Positions 31,262-41,172 of a DNA stretch of 64,000 bases are shown here, piece after piece; position 1 is the first letter of the stretch; every line of letters begins with the position of its first letter. The notes beneath the pieces are model-generated. The model was given only the letters and a program-made list of their open reading frames with translations. It did no database searches and was not told the origin of the DNA. The DNA is from a virus (taxonomy: Duplodnaviria > Caudoviricetes), in IMG/VR virus record IMGVR_UViG_3300029288_000067, positions 1 through 64,000 of that record; one strand, given 5' to 3'. Position numbers and translations under genes: made by a program.

Positions 31262-31290
31262 ATATTACCCGAAGGGCAATAAAACTTCAA
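31262..31290 (-). promoter_or_regulatory. phage sigma70-type promoter (family member)
   Basis: TTGAAG-17-TAATAT. Confidence 0.7.
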
Positions 31291-32027
31291 AACTTTCCTT
31301 CCCAAACAATTTCAGCATTTTTACCGGAATGAAGCCTCCAATTTTTCCCATCGAAGGAGGGCACAAAACCCCTTTTCCACAACTTTGTAAGATAAGAAAA
31401 AAGGTTGTGGGGGTATTTAATTTTTACAAAGGAAGAACAATAAGCCCTCACGGAATCTCTCATGGAATCCCACACGGAATCCCCCACGGAATCCCACATG
31501 GAATCCCACACGGAATCCCCCATGGAATCCCTCACGGAATCCCCCACGGAATCCCACACGGAATCCCCCACGGAATCCCACATGGAATTCCACACGGAAT
31601 CCCCCACGGAATCCCACACAGAAGCCCATTTTTTCAGATTTTTGACATCTTCTACGGAAGGGGTTTGGGGTTCTGGGAATTTCTTAAAAGGATTCACAAT
31701 TTCTTTCAAAATGAGAGGTTCCACAATTGTTTTGAAATCCAGAGATTCAGCCCATTTCTTTAATTCCCAAGAGTCATCTACTTCATTGTTGATTTGGTCG
31801 ATTGTGAATACTCTCGTAAAAGGATTGTATTCATATTTGTTAAGGACATCTTCTTGTCTCCCCACGTACCCGTGAAACTCTGCAATAGATGTATGAGAAT
31901 CCGGTTCTGTAACCAACAAATTATTCTCAAACCGGAGCTTTTTAGCAAGTATTTGTTTTCTCTGTTTCCAATTGAAGAACATAGGAATTCCGTCACCCCT
32001 ACTTACAAAGCTGAAGAATTTACACAT
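31287..32027 (-). CDS. tetrapeptide-repeat (xDSV) phage protein
   Basis: 15 tetrads (W/G/R)(D/N/A)S(V/M); start MCKFFS after an ACAGGAG RBS. Confidence 0.75.
   Translation of the reverse strand: MCKFFSFVSRGDGIPMFFNWKQRKQILAKKLRFENNLLVTEPDSHTSIAEFHGYVGRQEDVLNKYEYNPFTRVFTIDQINNEVDDSWELKKWAESLDFKTIVEPLILKEIVNPFKKFPEPQTPSVEDVKNLKKWASVWDSVGDSVWNSMWDSVGDSVWDSVGDSVRDSMGDSVWDSMWDSVGDSVWDSMRDSVRAYCSSFVKIKYPHNLFSYLTKLWKRGFVPSFDGKNWRLHSGKNAEIVWEGKF
31446..31630. repeat. 12-bp coding tandem repeat, ~15 units
   Basis: GGAAT recurs every 12 bp from 31452 to 31608. Confidence 0.95.
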
Positions 32028-32283
32028 ATTGTTTATCTCCTGTATCTTCAAAACTGCATATTCTGCAGTTTCTTGAGTTGTTTCTCCACGGATTTGATTT
32101 TTGCAATTCGCATCTTTTCCGCTTGTGCAACAGCTTCTTCCCGGGTTGTGTGCCAGAAGGGTTTGTGGAAAGCTTCCTGAAATCGAGAATTCTCCACGAC
32201 TACCATTGTCGGGCAACTCTCAACCGCTCTCACCTCTTTTTCAAGAATCCCTTGTGTTAGAGCATACTTCGTGATGTAAGCCT

Positions 32284-33003
32284 TCATACGGTTTCTCCTT
32301 TTGCTTCTTCTTTCTTAACTCTTTTGGCAATTACTTCAAGGCACTTCGGGCAGGTCACCTTGGACACATCTTCGGTGGAGTGGTTCATCTTCCTCATTCC
32401 ACCCATGCAGCTTCCGGCGCAAGCAACATACATTGCCCGGGGGCCGGTGTAAAGGTGTTTCAGAGGAACCTTCTCTTCAAGAACACGTTCGGATAAGGTT
32501 TTCGGGGTCCAGTCGGCAATACGTTTTACGAGGTAAACATTGAAGTTTTCCATGTTGCCGATTTCCTGATGGATCTTCAAACATACCCGAGTCTTCAGAT
32601 ATGCAATTTTGTCTTCATTCGAGAGGCTTTTGAATCCGAAATCATGTTTGAGATGAGAGAAGGCTGTGATTGTGGCAAGATTTTCAAGAGAGATCTCAAT
32701 AACTTTTTCCACCGGGCGATGATTTTCATACACGGTGTAGGAGGTATACGCAACGGCAGTCCCGTTCTTGATATCTTCGATACGTTTTTTGGAAGCTTCA
32801 ATATTCTCGGAAATAGTCTGCATCATGAAGGGGATGAAATTTTTTGAAATTTCGTAGGGAAGTTTTCCGGATCCCTGACAGGTACCAACAAATCCCCACC
32901 CATTCTTAACCGTGTATCCGTGCTTTACCAAATCTCCGTGGATATCAACAACCTGAACTGCTCCGCAGATCTGACAGGTTCCGATGTGTTTACCCTTAGC
33001 CAT
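32284..33003 (-). CDS. hypothetical Zn-binding protein
   Basis: GTCQICG..HGY..GTCQGS, VTCPKC. Confidence 0.65.
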   Translation of the reverse strand: MAKGKHIGTCQICGAVQVVDIHGDLVKHGYTVKNGWGFVGTCQGSGKLPYEISKNFIPFMMQTISENIEASKKRIEDIKNGTAVAYTSYTVYENHRPVEKVIEISLENLATITAFSHLKHDFGFKSLSNEDKIAYLKTRVCLKIHQEIGNMENFNVYLVKRIADWTPKTLSERVLEEKVPLKHLYTGPRAMYVACAGSCMGGMRKMNHSTEDVSKVTCPKCLEVIAKRVKKEEAKGETV

Positions 33004-33037
33004 GTTATTTACCCCCGCTGTATTTTCTTACAAGGAT

Positions 33038-33066
33038 ATATTACCCGAAGGGTGATAAAACTTCAA
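33038..33066 (-). promoter_or_regulatory. phage sigma70-type promoter (family member)
   Basis: TTGAAG-17-TAATAT, nearly identical to 31262-31290. Confidence 0.7.
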
Positions 33067-33512
33067 AGGGATATAATATTTAATTTCCTGAGTTTTCCGG
33101 TGTATACTCTCCGTAAAACATCTCCTGCGGAATCTCCACGGATAACTTCGGAAGTTCGGTAATCCACAACGGTTACAGGATCAAACTTACCCATCAAATT
33201 CTCGGATAGGAAGGTCTTTATTGCAGAATAAATTGTATCCTTGTATCGAGAGAGGTTGGAGGTTTCCATGTACAACCCATTTCCATCCCGCGCCCGGATC
33301 CACCCGAGATCCATTACCTTCTTCATTATCTCTTCCCGGGCTTTTCCTTCAAGTCCCAATCGTTCCCCGTGGGCTTTGTATGTCCCCTCGATGTATTCCC
33401 GGGTCAATCCAAACTTTTCTGGGTGTGCAATAATTTCCGAAATATGCGTGGAGGTATTAACGGTAACAATTTCGGATTCTGGGGAAATCCACCAACGATT
33501 GTAGAAAGCCAT
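33063..33512 (-). CDS. conserved phage hypothetical protein
   Basis: WWISP..H...HPEKFGL..EGKAREEI..GWIR. Confidence 0.6.
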   Translation of the reverse strand: MAFYNRWWISPESEIVTVNTSTHISEIIAHPEKFGLTREYIEGTYKAHGERLGLEGKAREEIMKKVMDLGWIRARDGNGLYMETSNLSRYKDTIYSAIKTFLSENLMGKFDPVTVVDYRTSEVIRGDSAGDVLRRVYTGKLRKLNIISL

Positions 33513-33513
33513 G

Positions 33514-34098
33514 TCATTTTTCCTTTTTGAAAACAAAGAACTCTGCCTGTCTTCGGTATCCCTTTGTTGGGACGATATTGGTTGGGGTTAATTCTGCAAG
33601 ATAAGAAAGCTGAATTCTCTTGTTTCTGGCATTTTGTTTTCCCTTCTTCAATTGAGAAAAAGCCCCCTCGAAATCTTTTTCACTTATCTGTGTATTTTTG
33701 GGGGTAAATAATTTCAACCACTCCCCTGGATCTGTTCGGGTACTTACTTCCCCGAAAACTCCATCTTCTTTTGCAAGAATTGAGAATTGCTTGTATTTTA
33801 TTCCCAACTCCACTGCTTCCTGAATCGGCATTTTCGGGATGCAAAGAGATTCTTCCTCTGAAAGAATTTCCTTTTCCTTGAACTTCGCCCTCAATTCAAA
33901 GAACCCATAACCCCTTGCTCGGATTTCTTTTTTCAGGATTTCTTGTTGCTGCTTATTTTCTTCAAGAGAGACCAACACCCCTGTGTCCGGGTCGGCATAG
34001 AGATATGCGGATAAAACCGAACAAGGATATTCGGAGTTCATCCAATACAAAACCCGAGAGACCGTTGAAGCAAGTTTCAGTTGCGAGATTTTCAACAT
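33514..34098 (-). CDS. DUF3293-like phage protein
   Basis: LSAY..EN..L...GYGF...EES...LG.KYKQ.SIL pattern. Confidence 0.5.
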   Translation of the reverse strand: MLKISQLKLASTVSRVLYWMNSEYPCSVLSAYLYADPDTGVLVSLEENKQQQEILKKEIRARGYGFFELRAKFKEKEILSEEESLCIPKMPIQEAVELGIKYKQFSILAKEDGVFGEVSTRTDPGEWLKLFTPKNTQISEKDFEGAFSQLKKGKQNARNKRIQLSYLAELTPTNIVPTKGYRRQAEFFVFKKEK

Positions 34099-35031
34099 AT
34101 ATTACCTCTTTCCTAAGAAAGAATGATTACAAAATTACGGTTGTTTTACGTGCAGGATTCCCTTTATGTTTTCGACCTCTACGAAATTTTCCGGACTGTT
34201 TTTATACTCGTCCTCAAAAGAGACCACCCAAATCCCTTCCTTGGTAGCTACTGCCGCGTGAGCCTCATTCCCCGTCTCACAGAACCATTTTGCAAAATAT
34301 GCGTAACTTGTTCCAATAAGTTCCGCTGCCCGGGCTTTTGTTGTTGCGGCAACAATTATTATTGATTGTCGATGCTTGCTATTCAACCCCCTTATCCCAC
34401 AGTGGGTTCCATAAAATATTTTCAATGTTTTCACCACCCACCTCCCCCGGAGTAATGCAAGAAAAACAATTTTAACACATTTTCATGCAAGGGTTTATCC
34501 TTTTCATCATGGGTATCCCCAATCATAACATTAAAATTGTCGCTATCTTCCAAATAATAATTTGCTTTGGGGTATATTTTTCGCAACTCCTCCATAGCCT
34601 TGTTAAGACCTGCAATATGCTTTTCAATTTGTCTTAGTATCTTTTTTTCTTTGTCCATGCTTATTCCTTTTTCCAACACTTACATTTTGTGACAATAAAA
34701 CCACACTTCTTGCAGGGCTCTATATCGAGGATCTGAAGAAAGAATTCAATGGCATGGGGGCAGTTTAATATTGCCGCAGCAAGTATTTCCATCTTCTCCT
34801 TATGGGTGAAATTATTCATTTTTTGGGGATAACCACGGTGTAAATCTTTTCAATCAGTTTCAGTTTTCCCTTCCCCATAGATGCACGGTTATCACAATAA
34901 CTCTTTAGCTCCTCCATTGCTGTTTTTTGTTCCACGGCAAGAAGAGTCAACAATTCGATGAACTTGCCCCGGAGTTCTTCTTCGCCCAAATTTTTATTAG
35001 TCATATATGCTCCTGTATTTCCTTCAACAGT

Positions 35032-35060
35032 ATATTACCGCAATAGATGCAAAACTTCAA
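35032..35060 (-). promoter_or_regulatory. phage sigma70-type promoter (family member)
   Basis: TTGAAG-17-TAATAT. Confidence 0.7.
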
Positions 35061-35062
35061 GG

Positions 35063-35096
35063 AAAAAGCAGAAACCCCCGGAAATAGGGGGTTTCT
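35063..35096 (-). terminator. intrinsic terminator after the sigma-like gene
   Basis: AGAAACCCCC / GGGGGTTTCT stem, T run on the minus strand. Confidence 0.7.
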
Positions 35097-35130
35097 TATT
35101 CGAGACACTGCATGGGCAGCTATGTGGACA

Positions 35131-36516
35131 TTATACTTTTCTTTGTACCTTCAAAGCGATAAGTTTTCCACCATCTTCAATCAATTCATCGGAATTCAAT
35201 AAATCTTGAAAATATGTCTCCACATCTTTTGTTGCTTGCGCCGAAGATTTTTCAGGATCTTGCACAACTTGTTTTGTTAAATTTTCCAGATCTGGGAGAG
35301 GTTTTCTTTGAATCGTGATGGTTTCGCCTACGGGAACTCTTTCGGCCAATTTCATACTTTCTTCTTTTACACCTGTTTGTTTGGCATAGTCATTGAAAAC
35401 ATGATACAAACCATCTTTATCTTCTTTCTGTGCTGCTTTTTTTCCTCGATATTGTTTCAACAATGCCATCAACAAATCATTTTCACTTTCTGTTGCGTAT
35501 TCTTCCAACAGAGCATACATGCGGTTTAAGTAATTGGAGAAAGATGTAACAGTTAATCCAACTTGCGAGGCAATCTCTTTTTTGGAATATCCTTCAAGAA
35601 GACTATTGAGAATCTTGTTGTACAATTCCCCATTCTTCTGTGCTTCCAAGAAATCATGAATATCTTCCATCAAAATATTGTATTCCACAACATCGTGAAT
35701 TGGGGCATGTTCTTTGGATCGGCTTGTTTGCTCATTTAAATACTCTAATCGATCTTCTTCAGAAAATTCTGAATCTTTTGGTGGAACATCTTCTTTGTAC
35801 TTTTTGTTTTGGAATCGTTGCACTCTGCTGATTAGAAACCTTTGGAAGTTGTACGCGAGGTAACCGGCCAAATTTTCATTTCTGTTGAAATCAAACTTGG
35901 AAATAACTTCGGGGGTTAATGTTTCAACCAAGGCAGTATGGAACAAATCTTCTCGATCTTCCTCTGTAATTCTAATAGGTGACTTGCTGAAAACATTGAT
36001 TGCAATACCCTTGAACATTTTATCAATGTCTACATTCTGATAAACATCGAGCCATTTGTTGTAGAGTTTATTTTTCCGGAGGGCATCTTCCAGCATTTGG
36101 GATACTTCCCCTTTTAATGCTGTATGTGCAGTGGTTTCTTTTGAAGTAATTGCAAAATGCTCGTAAAGTTCTTGAGAAGAGATAGAAATATCAAATGGAT
36201 GGGGAGATACAGATCCTTCTTTTTTTGGACCCCAGTTCATTTCAGCTTCATCCCAAATCACAGGAGTTAAAGCCATTTTATAGGTTTCTTTTTTTTCGCC
36301 GCCGGTTAATGCCGTGCCTTTGTTAACAGAGTTTACTTGATAAAAATCAGAGCTGCCGTAGTTCAAAGTGTTGTTTTGATCTGTTTTTAATTGATTTAAA
36401 TCTTTACAAACAGGCAAAACCTGTCCTTTTTTGACAGGACACTTTGCCTGAGAAACCCGAAGTTTAAATAACGTAGGATTCATTTTTATTTTACCTGTGG
36501 AATAGACTATTTTCAA
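35131..36516 (-). CDS. sigma70-family-like transcription factor with N- and C-terminal extensions
   Basis: Region 2-like EDREDLFHTAL..ISKFDFNRNENLAGYL; region 4 HTH EGYSKKEIASQVGLTVTSFSNYLNR. Confidence 0.65.
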   Translation of the reverse strand: MKIVYSTGKIKMNPTLFKLRVSQAKCPVKKGQVLPVCKDLNQLKTDQNNTLNYGSSDFYQVNSVNKGTALTGGEKKETYKMALTPVIWDEAEMNWGPKKEGSVSPHPFDISISSQELYEHFAITSKETTAHTALKGEVSQMLEDALRKNKLYNKWLDVYQNVDIDKMFKGIAINVFSKSPIRITEEDREDLFHTALVETLTPEVISKFDFNRNENLAGYLAYNFQRFLISRVQRFQNKKYKEDVPPKDSEFSEEDRLEYLNEQTSRSKEHAPIHDVVEYNILMEDIHDFLEAQKNGELYNKILNSLLEGYSKKEIASQVGLTVTSFSNYLNRMYALLEEYATESENDLLMALLKQYRGKKAAQKEDKDGLYHVFNDYAKQTGVKEESMKLAERVPVGETITIQRKPLPDLENLTKQVVQDPEKSSAQATKDVETYFQDLLNSDELIEDGGKLIALKVQRKV

Positions 36517-37211
36517 TAAAGAGAGAAGTAATATCTTTCTATCACTTCTTCAAGATTGTCTCATTAAAATCCTTCGTTGCTTGTATTAATCCATCTTCAC
36601 ACTTTTTGCAGATATTCTTTCCTTTTTGTGCTTCAGTGTTGCAAAAATCACAGAGGTTTATTCCATTCTCAAGAGCCTCTTTTACGACAACACAAGCTTC
36701 CCGGATATCCTGTTCCATTTCTTCGGGGCCTTTAAATGGGTATGCTGTTCTGTGGAATAAAAGATACTCCATGAAATCTTCATTTGCATTCGGGAAATAT
36801 TCAAGGATAATTGAGCGAATATCAATCTCCAAAGGGAACCCCCTCTTTACGCATTTTTTCAGCAAAAGCATGTCGTTCATTGGTTGCCACATCCCACTTT
36901 GCTTTTAAAGTGCTGAGTTTTTTCCGAAGAGTTTCTATCATTTTCAGGGTTATCTTTTTGTGCTCAATATATGCCCCCCGGACGGTCACCCTTTTAAATT
37001 GGACATACCGAAGAATTTCCTGTTCTCCTTCTTGTACGTCTCGTAAGCGTCGGTCACATTTACGAGAAAGTTTTTGATAATGCTCCTGCATGTAATGGGG
37101 TTTGCAGAGAAAATCCTTGTATATGGACCCCCGGCAACATCGTGTATCCTCCCCGTAAGGGTGATAATCAATCCAGGTATGTTTACAGGTTTGTCCAAGC
37201 ATATAAATCTC

Positions 37212-38945
37212 CTATTGCATATTGATTCGCTTGTAAGGGACCCCATTGGAAACAAAAAATTCTTCCGGGAGTTTTTTCTGCAAGGATAAATATTTCCCGG
37301 GCTCTTTTTGCAATAAAACTTGGAAGAGTTTACCCTCTCCGGAGAAATTTGAAATCTCTTGCATTAATTGTTGTGTTACATCCCCCATCTCCAGCAAAAG
37401 GGCATTGTGCTGGGGTTCTTCCTCAATTTTCGGGACAATAACATTCTGCAGGTAAATTCTCGCCGAAGGGTATTTGATTTTTGCTGTAAAAGATCGAGTC
37501 TTATCGTACTCCACATCCATTTCAAGGGTAAAGTCAACTCCCAGCAATTTTACAATATCATGTATTTGCATAGTTTTGTACAATTCTGGGATAACATTGT
37601 CGAATTGGGCTGTCTTTATCAAAAAATCTTCTTCGTCGTGGATCGATAAAAGCATTGAACAAATAAAATCCCGGTAAGAGAAATTTGCGAACAACGGAAC
37701 CATGTTGGAGTAATACGGGCTCCAATTATGCTTTCGGATAAAGTCTGTTGCCCGGATCATCGATATTTTCAAGGCATCTGCTGCTGTAGATTGGATAGGG
37801 TGATTCAGGCCCGTTCGAATAGCATACCCCATGTCCTTTTTTCTTTTCCACAGTTCTTTTTCTATTGACTGAGACCATCTCCGAACATCTCGAATTCTTC
37901 CGAATAAATTTTTAACAATGCCGTAAGCTCTTACGGCTTGTTCTGTAAAAAGCATACTTTCTTGTGCTTTTTTCAATTTCGAGAAAAAGGCATTCAATGC
38001 TGCTTGTGCTTCTTGTTCGGAGCAATTCATATACTCGCACAATGTTCTTGCTGCTGCCCCATAAATTGCTGCCAACCCACATTGTTTTGCAATCTTCCGG
38101 TAGACATCAAAAATATCCCAGTCTGCTTTTTGGAATTCCTCTATTGGTTTTTTCGGCCAATCCGGTTTTGTTGAAAAGAAAGCTAAGGCATTCAATCCGT
38201 GAAAATCCCCGGGAATATTTTTCTTGAAATCTCGGACATCTTTGCAGGGATGTTTACACTTGGCACATTGATCAATAAATGTTACTTTATCCAACTCCCC
38301 CAATAAGACACAGAATTTTTTGCCTTTTATTGAAACTACGGAGTTATTCTCTCCACTTTGCGGGGGAATTACTTCTTTTACAATAACCTTTGGAACTCCC
38401 TCGTAAATCTTAATCCATTCGGGCTCTTGTGTTGCAATAGCAGAGAAACGAGGCTCAATTGCAGAATAATCGAAGGCAACAATATGATCCCCCGGGGTGT
38501 ATTCCTCACAAACTGTAAAATATTGTGAGTATTCCGAAGTATCAAATGTCTCTTTATTTCCGTAAAATCTAAATTGCCCCTTTATTACAACAAAAGGTTT
38601 TCGGAAATCGGATAGGATAAAATGAATATTTCTCTCATCGAGGGAGTTTTCATCCCGGGGGTGATTCCATAAATGTTGTGGAACGGAAAGAAAAGAAATT
38701 TCTGGCTTCAAAGAAAGAACAAGGAATGCACGTTCCTCAAAACCAACCCCTCTGCGGGAAGATGGAATAATCCCCGTAAAAGTTTCCTCGGGAGACATTT
38801 CACATTTTCCAGTATACGGGCAAGTGTCACAAGATGCGCGAAGACAATAATGTTTCCCTTGCTGTAAAAGAAATTGTCTTGGATTCCCAATAAGAAAAGC
38901 TTCCAAGTGTTCACATTTATCTTTCAAAGGAACTTTATCGATCAT
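37212..38945 (-). CDS. family A DNA polymerase, C-terminal catalytic part
   Basis: Motif A AFDYSAIEPR, motif B RKIAKQCGLAAIYG, NHPIQSTAAD, motif C SIHDE. Confidence 0.9.
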   Translation of the reverse strand: MIDKVPLKDKCEHLEAFLIGNPRQFLLQQGKHYCLRASCDTCPYTGKCEMSPEETFTGIIPSSRRGVGFEERAFLVLSLKPEISFLSVPQHLWNHPRDENSLDERNIHFILSDFRKPFVVIKGQFRFYGNKETFDTSEYSQYFTVCEEYTPGDHIVAFDYSAIEPRFSAIATQEPEWIKIYEGVPKVIVKEVIPPQSGENNSVVSIKGKKFCVLLGELDKVTFIDQCAKCKHPCKDVRDFKKNIPGDFHGLNALAFFSTKPDWPKKPIEEFQKADWDIFDVYRKIAKQCGLAAIYGAAARTLCEYMNCSEQEAQAALNAFFSKLKKAQESMLFTEQAVRAYGIVKNLFGRIRDVRRWSQSIEKELWKRKKDMGYAIRTGLNHPIQSTAADALKISMIRATDFIRKHNWSPYYSNMVPLFANFSYRDFICSMLLSIHDEEDFLIKTAQFDNVIPELYKTMQIHDIVKLLGVDFTLEMDVEYDKTRSFTAKIKYPSARIYLQNVIVPKIEEEPQHNALLLEMGDVTQQLMQEISNFSGEGKLFQVLLQKEPGKYLSLQKKLPEEFFVSNGVPYKRINMQ

Positions 38946-40591
38946 ATTTGTGCAACTCTCTCCACAAAGGATACTTCTACTTCTTTTCCATAGGGATCTT
39001 CGAAATTAAGCCCACATTCAACTGGAAGGCTTTTGATACAGTTCAATACTTTGTTCTTACCCTCATCTTTTGAAATTGCTTGTGTGTTTACCCCGGAGGA
39101 CCAATCTCCCTTGTCAAAATTGTAAGTGATATTGCCCGTAGCCGTTTCTTTTACAATAATTTGATCTCTTCCTCCGTTGGATGCCGAAGATAATCGCCCG
39201 GTTGGTGCTACCGTTGTTGCGTACTGCACCTGACTTCGGGCATACGGTAAAACAGAGTCAATATAACTGTTTGTAATGAATTTTGCAAGGATTGTTGAAA
39301 GAGCATGCTCCAATTGTCGATATTGTACAACGTAAGCAAGTAAAGGGTATTGAGGGTATTTCTCGTAAAGTGCATCGAGGAGATCTGCCGAAGTAGAGTA
39401 CAATCCCCCGGGGCTGTTCTTTTTTGGTTTTCCTCTTTCCATGCCTGGAAGAACGGGAACCTTGTATTCATCGAACAGTAGTTTTGAAATCTGTTGCGGG
39501 GAGGCAATATTTATTTTCCTTCCCACGAACTCATAGATCTTGTTTTCAAGATTAAGAATTCGATGAACAATGTCTTTGCAGGCATATAAAGAATACTCAA
39601 TATTTACCGGAAATCCCGTTCGATACATCACTCGCAAAGAGTCCAACAGCATATGATCTATTTTGATAGATACATGCTGTTGGATAAAAATATTGTCTTC
39701 TGCTGGGGTAGAAGAAAGATTGTAGAAAATGAAATAAGTATTCATAGCATCGGAGCAACCGTATACCGAGGCATTTGTTGCAGGAAGCCGATTGAACTGC
39801 ACAAATCCTTTTTGTTTCGACCCCATTTCAGAGAATAAATCTGAGATCTCTACCATCTTTCTGCCCAATTTTTCCGAAACAACTTTCAATTTATGCGTTT
39901 TTTCATTCACATCCTGCAAATAGTGCAGAACCATTGTATCGAGGTAATATGGAAATCCCCGAGGGCTTACCCCATTCAAAGAAAGAACTTCCTTGTCGTA
40001 TTGGGCATTGTGATATAAAACAAGGAAAGTATCTGTGAGCTTCTGCAAAAAAGCCACAATTACTGCATAATCCCAGTTGGGGATACCATCTTCCCCTGTG
40101 TGCATTACTGGGAGGTAATATCCAATGTTGTGAAATGTTGCAAGACAAATACCAACGATCTTTGTTTTCGGGTCAAGCTTCTTGTTCTTGTCGTATACAA
40201 CCCGGGTGTCCAATCCGGTCGTTTCCAAATCTACTGCGATAACAGGAGATTCCACATAATCTTTTTTGTATATTTCAGAAAAAGTAGAAGACATCTTTCC
40301 TGCGGAAGCCACAAGATTATTGAAGAACACCTCCAACTGGTATTGTTGAGCTTCAATTTCATGGGATTCTGGAACAACTAAATTGCAACAGACTTGCCCC
40401 AACCATTCCATCCCATTTCTTTGTGCCAATTGTTCTTGAGAGAAAATACTTGGATCCGGGGGAATATTCGGAAAAGATTGATGTGCCAAATATTTTCGGA
40501 TATCCGGGAGGAATCGGTCTATTTTTTGTTGTCGCATTTCTTCGGAATCTGCGGCAAACAGATTGGATGTTTCAATTTCACTCATCTTCAC
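38942..40591 (-). CDS. family A DNA polymerase, N-terminal 3'-5' exonuclease and thumb part
   Basis: AVDLETTGL (ExoI), HNAQYD (ExoII), YGCSDA (ExoIII), NIASPQQ..LF, TGRLSS. Confidence 0.9.
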   Translation of the reverse strand: MKMSEIETSNLFAADSEEMRQQKIDRFLPDIRKYLAHQSFPNIPPDPSIFSQEQLAQRNGMEWLGQVCCNLVVPESHEIEAQQYQLEVFFNNLVASAGKMSSTFSEIYKKDYVESPVIAVDLETTGLDTRVVYDKNKKLDPKTKIVGICLATFHNIGYYLPVMHTGEDGIPNWDYAVIVAFLQKLTDTFLVLYHNAQYDKEVLSLNGVSPRGFPYYLDTMVLHYLQDVNEKTHKLKVVSEKLGRKMVEISDLFSEMGSKQKGFVQFNRLPATNASVYGCSDAMNTYFIFYNLSSTPAEDNIFIQQHVSIKIDHMLLDSLRVMYRTGFPVNIEYSLYACKDIVHRILNLENKIYEFVGRKINIASPQQISKLLFDEYKVPVLPGMERGKPKKNSPGGLYSTSADLLDALYEKYPQYPLLAYVVQYRQLEHALSTILAKFITNSYIDSVLPYARSQVQYATTVAPTGRLSSASNGGRDQIIVKETATGNITYNFDKGDWSSGVNTQAISKDEGKNKVLNCIKSLPVECGLNFEDPYGKEVEVSFVERVAQI

Positions 40592-41172
40592 CCCTCCACA
40601 ATCAATCTTTTCAACTCGGGGAGATATGAAGCATCCCCGCTCAATTTCAATTGCAACAATACTTCGGCTCTCAGGTATTTCTGTACTTTTTGGGCAACCT
40701 CTGTATTCTCCATCGTGTAATAAAGCAGAGGATCAAAAGAATACAGTATTTGTCGGGGAAAAGCAACCTTAAATACTTTGGAAATAAACAAAAAGATATC
40801 CCGAAATTTCAAGTTTCTCTGGGATTCTCTTGCGTACAAAAGCCAAAAGGGGGTAATTGTTCTTTGACATTTGAAACAAAACACCGCATGTCTTTTCTCT
40901 CCTGTGTTTCTATCCGAGGAATAAAAACGGGAAGATGGGTGACGGTCTGTTGTTCCATGGGAGGGCAATAGGCAGGGGATTTGTTGCTGATCTGCAGAAT
41001 CATCCAGGGAATGCCCATAAAGTTGATACACGAGCCCCATACGAATTCTGGAATCGTAGTAATTTGCAACATCGGGAGTAATTGCAATCAATACAGAAGA
41101 GGGTACAGATTTAATTACTTCTTCCTCGGAATAATTCTTGTAATCCGGGTGGGTATCCAGAAAGTTACTCAT
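40588..41172 (-). CDS. stand-alone CHC2 (DnaG-type primase) zinc-finger protein
   Basis: CLLPSH...D..PS..FY...FCFKC. Confidence 0.6.
   Translation of the reverse strand: MSNFLDTHPDYKNYSEEEVIKSVPSSVLIAITPDVANYYDSRIRMGLVYQLYGHSLDDSADQQQIPCLLPSHGTTDRHPSSRFYSSDRNTGEKRHAVFCFKCQRTITPFWLLYARESQRNLKFRDIFLFISKVFKVAFPRQILYSFDPLLYYTMENTEVAQKVQKYLRAEVLLQLKLSGDASYLPELKRLIVEG

Noticed and set aside
31446-31630. CRISPR array or DGR variable region
   Set aside because: Contiguous 12-bp in-frame units with no spacers; no cas or reverse transcriptase gene and no template repeat seen
31221-31875. + strand ORFs with PHGI / ESHT repeats
   Set aside because: Shadow frames of the repeat. The minus-strand ORF has the RBS and the operon orientation.
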